Below are positions 9,702-19,936 of a stretch of 64,000 nt of DNA, piece after piece; positions within the stretch are counted from its first letter, which is position 1; every line of letters begins with the position of its first letter. Position numbers and translations under genes: made by a program. The stretch is from the NCBI GenBank assembly GCA_934120635.1, contig CAKOUR010000009.1, positions 15,406-79,405 on the forward strand, read 5' to 3'. The notes under the pieces are model-generated. The model searched no databases. It saw nothing but the letters and a program-made list of their open reading frames with translations, and was not told the DNA's origin. The DNA comes from an uncultured Bacilli bacterium (GTDB taxonomy: Bacteria; Bacillota_I; Bacilli_A; RF39; UBA660).

Positions 9702-11624
9702 ATGGTGATGGTTAAGAAAACAACAAATACTTATGATGAAAATTCAATTAAAATATTAGAAGGATTAGAGGCTGTTAGAAAAAGACCTGGTATGTATATT
9801 GGCTCTACTGATAAAAGAGGTCTTCATCATTTAGTTTGGGAAATTGTCGATAATGGTGTAGATGAGGCTTTGAATGGTTATGGAAATCATTTAGAGATTA
9901 TTATGCATAAAGATGGTTCTGTTAGTGTTACAGATCATGGTAGAGGAATTCCAACAGGAATGCATGCTTCTGGGAAAAGTACTCCTGAAGTAATTTATAC
10001 AGTGCTTCATGCTGGAGGTAAGTTTTCAGAAGGTGGCTATAAAGTAAGTGGAGGACTTCATGGGGTTGGTGCTTCTGTTGTTAATGCTTTGTCTAGTTTT
10101 ATGGAAGTGACGACAAGGTATCAAGGAGAAGAATATTATATTTCGTTTAAAAATGGTGGGCATGTCGATAAAAAATTAACAAAGTTAGGTAGTACTAATA
10201 AGACAGGGACTACTGTTCATTTTATGCCTGATAGTGAAATATTTAGTAGTACAAAGTTTAATTTTAGTGTTATTTGTGAGAGAATGCAGGAATGTGCTTT
10301 TTTGGTAAATGGGCTTAGTATTGAAATTACTGATGAAATTGAAGGAAAGACAGAAAAATACTTATATCATAATGGTCTTGAATCTTTTGTTGAATATTTG
10401 AATGAAGGAAAGAATGTTTTACATAAAGTATTATGTTTTAAGGCTACTAAGGATCAAATTAATGTTAGTGTTGCTCTTCAATATACGGATAGTTATTCTG
10501 AGAATATTATTTCGTTTGTAAATAATGTAAAGACTAGTGATGGTGGCTCTCACGAAGTTGGGTTTAAGACTGCTTTAACAAAAGTATTAAATGATTATGC
10601 TAGAGAAAATAATTTTATTAAGGCTCGTGATAAATCGTTTGAGGGATCAGATGTTAGAGAAGGTCTTACGGCAATTATTAGCGTACAAATTCCTGAGTCT
10701 ATTCTTCAATTTGAAGGTCAGACAAAAGCTAAATTAGGAACTCCTGCTGCTAGAAGTATTGTTGAGGCAGTTACTACAGAAAAGTTAAAGTTTTTCTTGG
10801 AAGAAAATAAGTCAATTGCTACTATGATTGTGACCAAAGCATTAAAGGGAAAGGATGCTAGAGAAGCAGCTAGAAAAGCTAGAGAAGAATCTCGTAAGGG
10901 GAAAGATTCTAAAAAAATAGAAAAGATTTTAAGTGGAAAATTAACTCCAGCTCAGACAAAAGATAAATTATCTCGTGAATTATTTATTGTAGAGGGAGAC
11001 TCTGCTGGTGGTTCTGCTAAACAAGGAAGAAATAGAAAAACTCAAGCAATTTTACCATTGAGAGGTAAGGTTTTAAATACTGAGAAAGCAAAATTAGAAG
11101 ATATTTTTAAGAATGAAGAAATTAATACTTTAATTCATACTATAGGTGCTGGTTATGGGAATAATTTTAATATTAAAGATATTTGTTATGGTAAAGTTAT
11201 TATTATGACCGATGCTGATGATGATGGGGCACATATTCAATGTTTACTTTTAACTTTCTTCTATCGTTATATGAAGCCGTTGATAGAGAATGGAAATCTT
11301 TATATTGCTATGCCTCCTTTATATAAGGTAACGATTGGTTCACATGAACATTATTTATGGACAAATGAAGAGTTACGTGAACTTACAAAAGGAAAGAGTA
11401 ATTATAAGATTCAACGTTATAAAGGATTAGGTGAGATGAACGCTCATCAGTTATGGGAAACGACAATGGATCCAGAGAAGAGAAGTTTGGTTAAAGTAAA
11501 TATTACGGATGTTGCTCTTGCAGAAAAGAGAGTTTCTGTTTTAATGGGAGATGCTGTTGAACCTAGAAAAAATTGGATTAATGAAAATGTTGTATTTACC
11601 TTGGAAGATAATTATAAGATTTAG
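9702..11624 (+). CDS. parE: type IIA topoisomerase subunit B, ParE-like
   Basis: GHKL ATPase and Toprim motifs (EGDSAGGSAKQGR, IMTDADDDGAHI). PLRGKVLNTEKAKLEDIFKNEEINTLIH resembles ParE more than GyrB (from memory of the B. subtilis sequences). No A subunit gene is adjacent. Confidence 0.75.
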   Translation: MVMVKKTTNTYDENSIKILEGLEAVRKRPGMYIGSTDKRGLHHLVWEIVDNGVDEALNGYGNHLEIIMHKDGSVSVTDHGRGIPTGMHASGKSTPEVIYTVLHAGGKFSEGGYKVSGGLHGVGASVVNALSSFMEVTTRYQGEEYYISFKNGGHVDKKLTKLGSTNKTGTTVHFMPDSEIFSSTKFNFSVICERMQECAFLVNGLSIEITDEIEGKTEKYLYHNGLESFVEYLNEGKNVLHKVLCFKATKDQINVSVALQYTDSYSENIISFVNNVKTSDGGSHEVGFKTALTKVLNDYARENNFIKARDKSFEGSDVREGLTAIISVQIPESILQFEGQTKAKLGTPAARSIVEAVTTEKLKFFLEENKSIATMIVTKALKGKDAREAARKAREESRKGKDSKKIEKILSGKLTPAQTKDKLSRELFIVEGDSAGGSAKQGRNRKTQAILPLRGKVLNTEKAKLEDIFKNEEINTLIHTIGAGYGNNFNIKDICYGKVIIMTDADDDGAHIQCLLLTFFYRYMKPLIENGNLYIAMPPLYKVTIGSHEHYLWTNEELRELTKGKSNYKIQRYKGLGEMNAHQLWETTMDPEKRSLVKVNITDVALAEKRVSVLMGDAVEPRKNWINENVVFTLEDNYKI

Positions 11625-11679
11625 ATTTTCTTTCTTGAAAATACTTACATTTTCTTTTTCTTTATAAGGAGAATTGATA

Positions 11680-12129
11680 ATGGATAAGGATGTTTTTTAT
11701 ATGAAATTGGCACTTAAAGAGGCAACTAATGCGTACTTTTTAGATGAAGTGCCAATTGGATGTGTCATTGTTTTTCATGATCAAGTTTTGGTTAGTACAT
11801 ATAATCGAAAAACAATCGATCAAATTGCAACTTCGCATGCTGAGATTTTAGCGATTAATGAGGCTTGTCGTCAATTAGGTAGTTGGTATTTAGATGAATG
11901 TATTTTATATACTACGGTTGAACCTTGTTTGATGTGTACAGGGGCAATTATTCAATCGAGAATAAAGAGAGTGGTTTATGGTTGTTCTAATCAAGATTTT
12001 GGTTACCTTTCTCAGTTAAAAAATTCTAAAATAGAAGTTGTATCAGGAATATTAGAAGATGAATGTGTTTCTATTTTGCGAGATTTTTTTCAAAAAAAAA
12101 GAAAACAACATAAAGAAGAAGTTTCTTAA
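11680..12129 (+). CDS. tadA: tRNA-specific adenosine deaminase
   Basis: CDA zinc motifs HAEILAI and PCLMCTGAI. The start is moved to the ATG at 11680, 7 nt after AAGGAGA. Confidence 0.85.
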   Translation: MDKDVFYMKLALKEATNAYFLDEVPIGCVIVFHDQVLVSTYNRKTIDQIATSHAEILAINEACRQLGSWYLDECILYTTVEPCLMCTGAIIQSRIKRVVYGCSNQDFGYLSQLKNSKIEVVSGILEDECVSILRDFFQKKRKQHKEEVS

Positions 12130-12131
12130 GA

Positions 12132-13340
12132 TTATTTGATATTTTCTAATTTTGTCATAATTTCTTTTAATATTTTTTCATTCTTATTATTTTTGGGTAC
12201 GTAATATTTTGCTTTTTTGATTTCATCAGGTAAGTATTGTTGATTGACATAGTCGTTTGGATAATCATGAGGATATTTATAGTCAGGAGAGTGATTAATA
12301 ATATGTTTAGGAACTCCTCCAATTTTTTTTGTATGAATATCATTTAATACTTTATCAATTGATGCTTCTGCTGAATTACTTTTTGGGCTAAGTGCTAATT
12401 CAATTACAATGCAGGCTAAAGGAATTCTAGCTTCTGGTAATCCAAGTCTTAATGCAGAGTTAATAGCAGCATCTACTTTTGGTCCCATACTAGGATTAGC
12501 AAGTCCAATATCTTCATAGACAATTACTGATAATCTTCGGCAAATGATATCAATATCTCCAGTTTCTATTAGGAGTCCAAGGTAATACAAAGAAGCATGG
12601 ACATCACTTCCCCGAATAGATTTTTGAAAAGCACTAATAGCATTATAGTAGCCATCTTCATTTTTGTCGATAATGATGTTTGATTTTCCACTAATACTTT
12701 CTAATAACTTTGTTGTGATGTGATGGTTATTATTTGCATAGTAGGCTATTTCTATTAAGTTATAAACAGATCTTAAGTCATGATTAGAATTATTTTTGAT
12801 GAAATTTTTGGCATTTGAATCAATTTTTATATTTTCTAAGATATTTGAATTAATGACTTTATTGATTGCTGTGTTAATGTCTTCATCATTTAAATCTTTT
12901 AATTCGAATATTTGGCATCTACTTCTAATGGCAGGATTAATGGCATGATAGGGATTAGAGGTAGTTAGTCCAATTAAGGTAATTAGTCCTGATTCTAGGT
13001 AAGGAAGAAGTAAGTCTTGTTTATCTTTATTTAGACGGTGAATTTCATCTAAAATTAATACCATTCCTTGATATAATTTTGCTTCTTCAATAATGATATC
13101 AAAGTCTTTTTTTGTATTAATAACAGCATTGAATGTACGATATTTAACATTTAATTCTGATACAATTGCATGAGCAATAGTTGTTTTACCTATACCTGGA
13201 TTTCCGTATAAAATCATAGAGAATAGTTTTTTATTTTGAAGGAGATTGGTCAGTATTTTATTTTTTCCAATTAAGTGTTTTTGTCCAATTACTTCTTCTA
13301 ATTTTGTTGGTCTTAATTTGATTGCTAGTGGTTCATTCAT
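12132..13340 (-). CDS. rarA: replication-associated recombination protein A (MgsA/RarA AAA+ ATPase)
   Basis: Walker A GNPGIGKTT, Walker B LILDEIHR, and a conserved C-terminal MgsA domain (YDAISAFQKSIRGSD-like: YNAISAFQKSIRGSD). Confidence 0.9.
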   Translation of the reverse strand: MNEPLAIKLRPTKLEEVIGQKHLIGKNKILTNLLQNKKLFSMILYGNPGIGKTTIAHAIVSELNVKYRTFNAVINTKKDFDIIIEEAKLYQGMVLILDEIHRLNKDKQDLLLPYLESGLITLIGLTTSNPYHAINPAIRSRCQIFELKDLNDEDINTAINKVINSNILENIKIDSNAKNFIKNNSNHDLRSVYNLIEIAYYANNNHHITTKLLESISGKSNIIIDKNEDGYYNAISAFQKSIRGSDVHASLYYLGLLIETGDIDIICRRLSVIVYEDIGLANPSMGPKVDAAINSALRLGLPEARIPLACIVIELALSPKSNSAEASIDKVLNDIHTKKIGGVPKHIINHSPDYKYPHDYPNDYVNQQYLPDEIKKAKYYVPKNNKNEKILKEIMTKLENIK

Positions 13341-13464
13341 TTTCTTCTTCCTTTCTGTTTTATTATTATAGCATGGAGTAATGGGAATGTAAATTATGGA
13401 AATTTTGTATCTTTTTTTATCATTTCATGATATACTAGATTAGAATAGTATAGTAGGTGATAGG

Positions 13465-14391
13465 GTGGAAAAACTTTTTAAAACAATTGATGAACAGTTA
13501 GATATTTTAAAAGGAAAAGGGTTAATTATTGAAGATGAAGCTTTAGCTAGGGAAATTTTACTTCGTGAAAATTATTTTTTTATCAACGGATATCGCATTT
13601 TATTAATGAACTCTTATCGGGATAAGACTTTTGTTGTTGGTTCTACTTTCCGTGAACTTTATTCTATTTTTTTGTTTGATCGAAGTTTTCGAAATATTTT
13701 ATTTAAAAATTTACTTATTGTTGAGAATCAATTAAAGTCTGTTATTTCTTATCAATTATCTAAAAAGTATGGTTATCGTGATAAAGATTATTTAAATTTT
13801 AAAAATTTTACGATGGATAGAAATAAATCTAGAAGGGTAAAAGATGTTATTGAAAAAATGAAGCGTCAAATTCGGGTAAATGGTGCTCATCATATGGCAA
13901 CGATGCATTATATGAATAATTATGGTTATATTCCTTTATGGGTATTGGTAAAAGTTTTATCTTTTGGAATTGTGACGGAGTTATATTTGATTTTAAAACC
14001 AGAAGATCAAGTTGCGATTGCTGATATTTTTGGAATGAATACAAATTATTTAGAGAATTTTTTACCTATTTTATCTAATTATCGTAATTTGTGTGCTCAT
14101 GAAGATATTGTTTATGAACATCGATCTGAGAATGTTATTTTAAATACTCCTTATCATGAAAAATTAGGTATTCCTAGAATGGATGATGAGTATATTTATG
14201 GAAAAAATGATGTTTTTTCTGTAATGATTATGATGAAATATTTACTTCGTAGTGATGACTTTCGAATGATGATGAGAGAAATTGAGTATGAAATTGAAAA
14301 ATTAGATGGAGCCGTTGATTCTATTCCTATTGAAAAGATATTGGATCGAATGGGGATACCTGAAGATTATATGGATTTAGTAAATATGTAA
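13465..14391 (+). CDS. Abi-like (AbiD/AbiF, Abi_2 family) protein
   Basis: GTG start. ENYFFINGYR near the N-terminus and LSNYRNLCAHEDIVY (the RN..AH motif of Abi_2). Confidence 0.7.
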   Translation: MEKLFKTIDEQLDILKGKGLIIEDEALAREILLRENYFFINGYRILLMNSYRDKTFVVGSTFRELYSIFLFDRSFRNILFKNLLIVENQLKSVISYQLSKKYGYRDKDYLNFKNFTMDRNKSRRVKDVIEKMKRQIRVNGAHHMATMHYMNNYGYIPLWVLVKVLSFGIVTELYLILKPEDQVAIADIFGMNTNYLENFLPILSNYRNLCAHEDIVYEHRSENVILNTPYHEKLGIPRMDDEYIYGKNDVFSVMIMMKYLLRSDDFRMMMREIEYEIEKLDGAVDSIPIEKILDRMGIPEDYMDLVNM

Positions 14392-14402
14392 GGAGGAGAA
14401 AG

Positions 14403-15500
14403 ATGAAAAAGAATAGTGTTAGAATCATTTTGATTATAGTAGTATTACTTTCTTTTATTAGTGGATCTGTTGGTATGTATTTCGTTTCTTTATTGGGCGC
14501 AGATAATGTGAAAACAGTAATTTCAACAGGTAGTTCATCTTTAGAAGAAAAGGATACTATTTCTAAGGGAGTAGTGAATGTGTATGATGCTGTTGTAGTT
14601 GTTGAAGGATTTTCTAATAATAAATTGGCTTCTACTGGTACAGGTTTTGTTTATAAAAATGGAAATGGCGTTTCTTATATTATGACTAATCACCATGTTA
14701 TTTCTGGTATGGATTCTGTAAAAGTTGTTTTAAGTGATAAAACAGTTTTAAAAGCACAAGTTCGTGGTAGTGAAGCTTATTCTGATATAGCAGTTTTAGC
14801 CGTTGATTCTAAATCAGTAAAATCTGTTGCTGTTATGGGAGATAGTGATAATCTAAAAGTAGGAGATACTGTATTTACAGTAGGGTCACCTGAGGGAGCA
14901 GATTATGCTGGTACAGTTACGAAGGGAATTTTGTCTGGAAAGAATCGAATGGTTGCTGTTGCTCTTTCTAATGAATCTTCTTCGGATTACTATATGAAAG
15001 TATTACAAACAGATGCGGCAATTAATCCAGGAAATAGTGGAGGACCTTTATGTAATATTAATGGAGAGGTAATAGGAATTACTAATATGAAGTTAGTTGA
15101 TTCTACAGTTGAAGGAATTGGGTTTGCAATTCCTATTGAAGATGCGCTATTTTATGCTTCTACTTTAGAAAAGGGGGGAAGTATTACTAGACCTTACTTT
15201 GGAATAGGAATGCTTGATTTAAATAATAGTTATTATTTATGGAAAAGTGGTATTATTGTTCCTGATACTATTAAAGAAGGTGTAGTTGTTACTGAGGTTC
15301 CTTTGACTTCTCCAGCAGGATTTGCAGGTATAAAAAAAGGTGATATTATTCTTTCTCTTGGTGGGGAAAAAGTGAAGTCAATTGCTGAATTCCGTTATAT
15401 ATTATATAAACATAAGGCAGGAGAAAAGGTGGTAGTGGAATTTTATCGAAATAATAAAATTAAAAAAGTTGAAGTTAAGTTAGGAACTTCTAAAAATTAA
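14403..15500 (+). CDS. htrA: HtrA/DegP-family serine protease with PDZ domain
   Basis: N-terminal TM segment. Catalytic triad contexts TNHHVI, DIAVL, GNSGGPL. C-terminal PDZ (GIKKGDIILSLGGEKV). Confidence 0.9.
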   Translation: MKKNSVRIILIIVVLLSFISGSVGMYFVSLLGADNVKTVISTGSSSLEEKDTISKGVVNVYDAVVVVEGFSNNKLASTGTGFVYKNGNGVSYIMTNHHVISGMDSVKVVLSDKTVLKAQVRGSEAYSDIAVLAVDSKSVKSVAVMGDSDNLKVGDTVFTVGSPEGADYAGTVTKGILSGKNRMVAVALSNESSSDYYMKVLQTDAAINPGNSGGPLCNINGEVIGITNMKLVDSTVEGIGFAIPIEDALFYASTLEKGGSITRPYFGIGMLDLNNSYYLWKSGIIVPDTIKEGVVVTEVPLTSPAGFAGIKKGDIILSLGGEKVKSIAEFRYILYKHKAGEKVVVEFYRNNKIKKVEVKLGTSKN

Positions 15501-15578
15501 TAGTTAATTTTAATAAAATTTAAAGTTTTTATGTTACAATAATAGGGACTTAAGAAATTAGGAAAGGAATGATTATTT

Positions 15579-16118
15579 ATGGAATTAAGAGGAAGTAAAA
15601 CTGAACAAAATTTAATGACTGCTTTTGCTGGAGAAAGTCAAGCTCGTAATAAATATACTTATTTTGCTAGTAAGGCTAGAAAAGATGGTTATGAGCAAAT
15701 TGCGGCTATTTTTGAAGAAACTGCAAATAATGAAAAAGAGCATGCTAAGATGTGGTTTAAGGAGTTAAATGGTGGTTCTATTCCTGATACTGCTGCAAAT
15801 TTATTAGCTGCCGCTGAGGGAGAAAACTACGAATGGACAGATATGTATCAAGATTTTGCTAAGACTGCTAAAGAGGAAGGTTTTGATCGATTAGCTTATC
15901 TTTTTGAAGGTGTTGCACAGATAGAAAAGGAACATGAGGAAAGATATCGCAAGTTACTTGAAAATGTTGAAGGTGGTTTAGTTTTCTCTAAAGACGGAGA
16001 TAAGATTTGGAAATGTCGTAATTGTGGACATATTGTTATTGGAAAAGAAGCTCCAAAAGTTTGTCCTATATGTGCTCATCCTCAAAGTTACTTTGAAATT
16101 AAAGCTGAAAATTACTAA
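15579..16118 (+). CDS. rbr: rubrerythrin
   Basis: Ferritin-like di-iron EX2H motifs ([18 protein letters not shown]) plus a C-terminal rubredoxin CRNCGH...CPICAH. Confidence 0.9.
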   Translation: MELRGSKTEQNLMTAFAGESQARNKYTYFASKARKDGYEQIAAIFEETANNEKEHAKMWFKELNGGSIPDTAANLLAAAEGENYEWTDMYQDFAKTAKEEGFDRLAYLFEGVAQIEKEHEERYRKLLENVEGGLVFSKDGDKIWKCRNCGHIVIGKEAPKVCPICAHPQSYFEIKAENY

Positions 16119-16237
16119 AATTAATGTTTACAAAAGCATTAATTTTTTAAATTCTTTGAAATTTGGTGGATTTAACAAATTTGAATTTTTTAAAGAATGA
16201 TTTAGTTTTTTTAAAGTTTTAAGAAATAAAATATGAT

Positions 16238-16270
16238 AAAATCACATCTAAAATTTAGATGTGATTTTTT
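16238..16270 (+). terminator. rho-independent terminator after rbr
   Basis: Perfect 13-bp stem AAAATCACATCTA / TAGATGTGATTTT, 5-nt loop, T-run. Confidence 0.8.
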
Positions 16271-16450
16271 AGGTTTACCGAATTTCGAAGAACCTCTTTT
16301 TAAAATTATTTATTATAGTGTTATTTTTTTATAAATATAATTATATCTTTTTGTACTTTTAGGGTGTAATTTTAGTATTATTTTACATTTTACTATATTG
16401 AAAAGGTAAAATTTGATTATTAATTTTTTAAAATTTTTTATTAAGATAAA

Positions 16451-16479
16451 TTGCAAAATATAAAAAAATGTGTTATAAT
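16451..16479 (+). promoter_or_regulatory. sigma-A type promoter of the surface-protein gene
   Basis: TTGCAA (16451-16456), 17-nt spacer, TGtTATAAT (16471-16479). Confidence 0.65.
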
Positions 16480-16544
16480 TTTATTTATAGTAGAAAGTAG
16501 TTGAAGGTGGATGCTTTTTGTAATAATTTTAAGGAGGTAATTTT

Positions 16545-19535
16545 ATGAAAGGAAATCAGATAAAAGTATTATTTTTACTATTTTTAAGTGTTTTTATATT
16601 TAAAATGGGTAGTGTAAATGCTGCTACAGCAACATTTTCTAGGGGTGGTTCTATTGAAAAAGGGACTTTTGTTAATAAAACAATAGGAGGCAAGAAAGCT
16701 TATTGTTCTACGCATTATTGGCCGGCTCCTATTGATGGTGCTGTTTACGAAAAAGTTACTTCAACCAATAATTATAGTAAAGATAGTTATATTGCTGGTC
16801 AAATTATTAAAATTGCAAAAAATAAATATTCTGGTGTTGATCAATATGTATATATTCAAAATGCGTTAACTTGTTACTTTAGAGGAAAGGCTTCTGTTAA
16901 TCGTTATAAAGATTCTAGAGATACTTCTTTATGTAATGATAGTAAGGTAAAATCTTTAATTAATACTGCAAAAAAATATGTAGGAGAATATCAATTTAAT
17001 GAGGGTTCAAAAACCTCTAAGTTACCAAAATTAACTATTAGTACTGCTAGTCAAGTAATTAGTACTGTTTCTTCTAGTTCTGCTTCTCAATTTAATTATA
17101 CATCTAGTACAATAAAGATTAGTGGTTTAAATAAAGAAAATTATGGTGGTAATAGAAAAAATTATTATTCTTCTTCTGTTCCTAAATATACATTAAATAT
17201 TTCTGGTGGTGTTAGTGGTTCTACTATTGAATTATGTTCTTCAAATAAATGTTACTCAAATGGAGCTACTGATTTAGTAGATGGAGATTATATTTTAAGA
17301 ATTAAAAATGGTGGTTCTAAGGGGGGAAAGGTAGTTGTTTCTATTAACGGAGATAATAAGAGTAAATATCCTTCTACTAATATTTGGAAGTGCAAAAGTA
17401 AGTGTGGTACATCTGCACAAGTTATGCAAACTTATGTTCCTTCTGTTGATGTTACTAGAGATATTTCTGCGACACAAACTTTTAATTATTCTGCAATAGG
17501 TAAATATTCTGCTTTAATTGAAAAAGTAGATGAGAGTGGTAATGCTCTAAAGAATGCTACGTTAAAATTATATATAGCTGATTCTAGCGGAAATAAGATT
17601 GGTAATGATTTGTGTAGTACTAATACTCCTGGTAATGAAACTTCTTGCTCTGCTACTGAACTTACTGAAATGAATAATTATAAAGAAGGAAATCAATTGT
17701 GTTATACTGAAGAGGTTTCTCCTAGTGGTTATAAAAATATAGGTACAAAGTGTTATCCTATTTCTTTAAAGGGAACTGGTGCTAATGCTACTAAGTATTA
17801 TGAGTATCATAAAAATGGAGATGAATGGAAAGAAACAGAGATTCTTTCTGGTGGTGATAAGGTCTTTCAGAATTATAAGACTTTTGCTAAAGGAGATAAT
17901 ATATCTGCTGTTAATGTATTTAATGTTAAAAATGGTAAAAAAATTTATAGTGATGTGGAAAAAATATATGAATATAAATATGTTGTTGCTGATAAAGAAA
18001 AGGTTTTTTACACTTCTAAAGCACTTCCTGCTGAATCTTCAAAAGTTTATTACCATGGTAATAAGACAGAAAATGAAGATGGAAGTGTAACTTATGAATT
18101 TTCTGATCCTATTTATATGATTAATATTCCTAAGGATATGACTGATTCTAGTGATAATACTGGTATTGAAACTAGTTTGGTTGAAGTTGAGGCATATAAG
18201 AAAGATGGAAAATATATAATTTTATCTTCTAGTAATGATAGTGGTGGTGTTCCTGTTTATACTGAGAAAAATCCTCAAGAAACTCTTACTTTAGTCGATT
18301 CGTATTCTTCAACAGGAAGTAAGGTTTGTTATAATAAAAATGATGGTGTTGCAGCAGATAGTGATAAATATTGTAGTGAAGATTATTATATGACTCAGGT
18401 TGCTGTTTCTAATGGTAGTGTTCATATTACTGTTCTTAATGTTTTAAATAGTGTTAAAATTAGTAAAAAAGCTATTACTGGTGATGAAGAGTTACCTGGT
18501 GCTAAACTTGCTTTATATACTACTGAAAATGGAAAATGTACAAATACATTAGTAAGTAAAAAAAATTCTAATGCTTTAGGTTTTTCTTATCGAGCTTATA
18601 ATCCTATTCCGTATGTTGATGATGATGCTTCTTCTAATAATAGTTCAACTAGTAGTACTAATGATTCAACTGGAACTAGTGGTTCTACTTCTGGTAATGA
18701 TGCATCTAATGATGATGTTGCAATTGATGATACATATAATTATTTAGATGGTTTACAATGGATTTCCTCTGACGAGCCTGTTACTATTTCTGGGCTTGCT
18801 GCTGGTACTTATTGCTTGGTAGAAAAGGTTCCTGCTGCTGGGTATAAAAAGGCTACTACGACTACTAAGTTTACTATTAATAAGGATGGTAAAATAGTGG
18901 ACAGTGTTGAAGGGGAACATACTGGTGATAAAGAAAAAGATAAGACTCTTTCGAATGTAACCTTAATAGTTAGAAATGAACTAAATAAACTTACTATTAG
19001 TAAGACAGATATTACTACTTCAAAGGAATTACCTGGTGCGGTTTTGAGAATATGTAATGCTGTAAAGAAGGATGATGGAAGTTATTCTGCTGTTGTATCT
19101 AGTGGTGAAACTGGAGATGTGGTTAGTGATTTGACTAATTGTGATACTCCTAATTTGATTGATGGTTCTGAATCTTCTTGGAAGAGTACAGATAAGCCTC
19201 ATGAAATTTCAGGTTTACCTAGTGGTACGTATGCATTAGTAGAAATTACAGCTCCAAATGGTTATACTACGGCAGAAACAATTTTCTTTAAAATGACTGA
19301 TGAAGGTGTTTTAACTGATGTTAATGGGAATGTTTTGGCAAATAATAAGATTGTAATGCATGATAAACCTATTAATAATGTAAAAACAGGTGATAAATAT
19401 ATTATTGTTGTTATTGTTATTATGTTATCTTGTTTGGGAATTGGTGGCTATTATTACTTTAATAAAAATAATAATCATTTTAATGATAATGATAAATTTA
19501 GAAAAAGAAAAATTTATTTTAATAAATTAAATTAA
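16545..19535 (+). CDS. wall-anchored adhesin with SpaA/Cna-B-type Ig-fold repeats and a variant sorting signal (NVKTG)
   Basis: Signal peptide. Repeated ISKKAITGDEELPGAKLALYT / ISKTDITTSKELPGAVLRICN and VEKVPAAGYKKA / VEITAPNGYTTA modules. A Ser/Thr/Asp-rich linker. The C-terminus is NNVKTGD, then a hydrophobic segment, then KFRKRK. Confidence 0.8.
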   Translation: MKGNQIKVLFLLFLSVFIFKMGSVNAATATFSRGGSIEKGTFVNKTIGGKKAYCSTHYWPAPIDGAVYEKVTSTNNYSKDSYIAGQIIKIAKNKYSGVDQYVYIQNALTCYFRGKASVNRYKDSRDTSLCNDSKVKSLINTAKKYVGEYQFNEGSKTSKLPKLTISTASQVISTVSSSSASQFNYTSSTIKISGLNKENYGGNRKNYYSSSVPKYTLNISGGVSGSTIELCSSNKCYSNGATDLVDGDYILRIKNGGSKGGKVVVSINGDNKSKYPSTNIWKCKSKCGTSAQVMQTYVPSVDVTRDISATQTFNYSAIGKYSALIEKVDESGNALKNATLKLYIADSSGNKIGNDLCSTNTPGNETSCSATELTEMNNYKEGNQLCYTEEVSPSGYKNIGTKCYPISLKGTGANATKYYEYHKNGDEWKETEILSGGDKVFQNYKTFAKGDNISAVNVFNVKNGKKIYSDVEKIYEYKYVVADKEKVFYTSKALPAESSKVYYHGNKTENEDGSVTYEFSDPIYMINIPKDMTDSSDNTGIETSLVEVEAYKKDGKYIILSSSNDSGGVPVYTEKNPQETLTLVDSYSSTGSKVCYNKNDGVAADSDKYCSEDYYMTQVAVSNGSVHITVLNVLNSVKISKKAITGDEELPGAKLALYTTENGKCTNTLVSKKNSNALGFSYRAYNPIPYVDDDASSNNSSTSSTNDSTGTSGSTSGNDASNDDVAIDDTYNYLDGLQWISSDEPVTISGLAAGTYCLVEKVPAAGYKKATTTTKFTINKDGKIVDSVEGEHTGDKEKDKTLSNVTLIVRNELNKLTISKTDITTSKELPGAVLRICNAVKKDDGSYSAVVSSGETGDVVSDLTNCDTPNLIDGSESSWKSTDKPHEISGLPSGTYALVEITAPNGYTTAETIFFKMTDEGVLTDVNGNVLANNKIVMHDKPINNVKTGDKYIIVVIVIMLSCLGIGGYYYFNKNNNHFNDNDKFRKRKIYFNKLN

Positions 19536-19560
19536 GATATTTTAATTTTCATAGTATAAG

Positions 19561-19595
19561 AAAATTAGCCTAAAATTATTTGGCTAATTTTTGTT
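19561..19595 (+). terminator. rho-independent terminator
   Basis: Perfect 10-bp stem AAAATTAGCC / GGCTAATTTT with an 11-nt loop. Confidence 0.6.
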
Positions 19596-19631
19596 ATATT
19601 TCGGTATTTTAAAAAAAGTAAAATACTTCTA

Positions 19632-19660
19632 TTGACTTTTAATTATATATTTTTTATAAT
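19632..19660 (+). promoter_or_regulatory. consensus sigma-A promoter of the ileS leader
   Basis: TTGACT (19632-19637), 17-nt spacer, TATAAT (19655-19660). Confidence 0.75.
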
Positions 19661-19666
19661 TAATTT

Positions 19667-19915
19667 AAATTTGTTAAAACATGTGAAAGAGATGTTATTT
19701 AAATAGTTTATTTAAAGAGAATCTATTATTGGTGGAAGGTAGATAATAAAGTTTAAATAAGGATCACTCTTGATTGTGAACTTTTGAACTTAAGTAGAAA
19801 GTGTCCGGGAAGTAGTATCCCGTTATCTAATGAAGTGCACAAAATTTTTGTGAATTAAGGTGGTACCACGTTTTTTTAGCGCCCTTAAGGAATAAAATTT
19901 TTGTGCTTTTTATTT
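19667..19915 (+). promoter_or_regulatory. T-box leader (tRNA-Ile sensing transcription attenuator)
   Basis: Conserved T-box sequence AATTAAGGTGGTACCACG at 19853-19870. Upstream AGAGA and AGTAGAAAG stem-I elements. Candidate ATC specifier at 19825-19827. A long terminator helix (GCACAAAATTTTT...CCTTAAGG...AAAATTTTTGTGC, then a T-run) ends near 19915. Confidence 0.8.
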
Positions 19916-19936
19916 TTAGAAAGAAGGATGATTTAT

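Noticed and set aside
12129-12132. Convergent tadA and rarA stop codons only 2 nt apart with no terminator hairpin
   Set aside because: This is unusual but explicable by read-through or terminators inside the opposing coding sequence. There is no further signal to support a specific regulatory claim.
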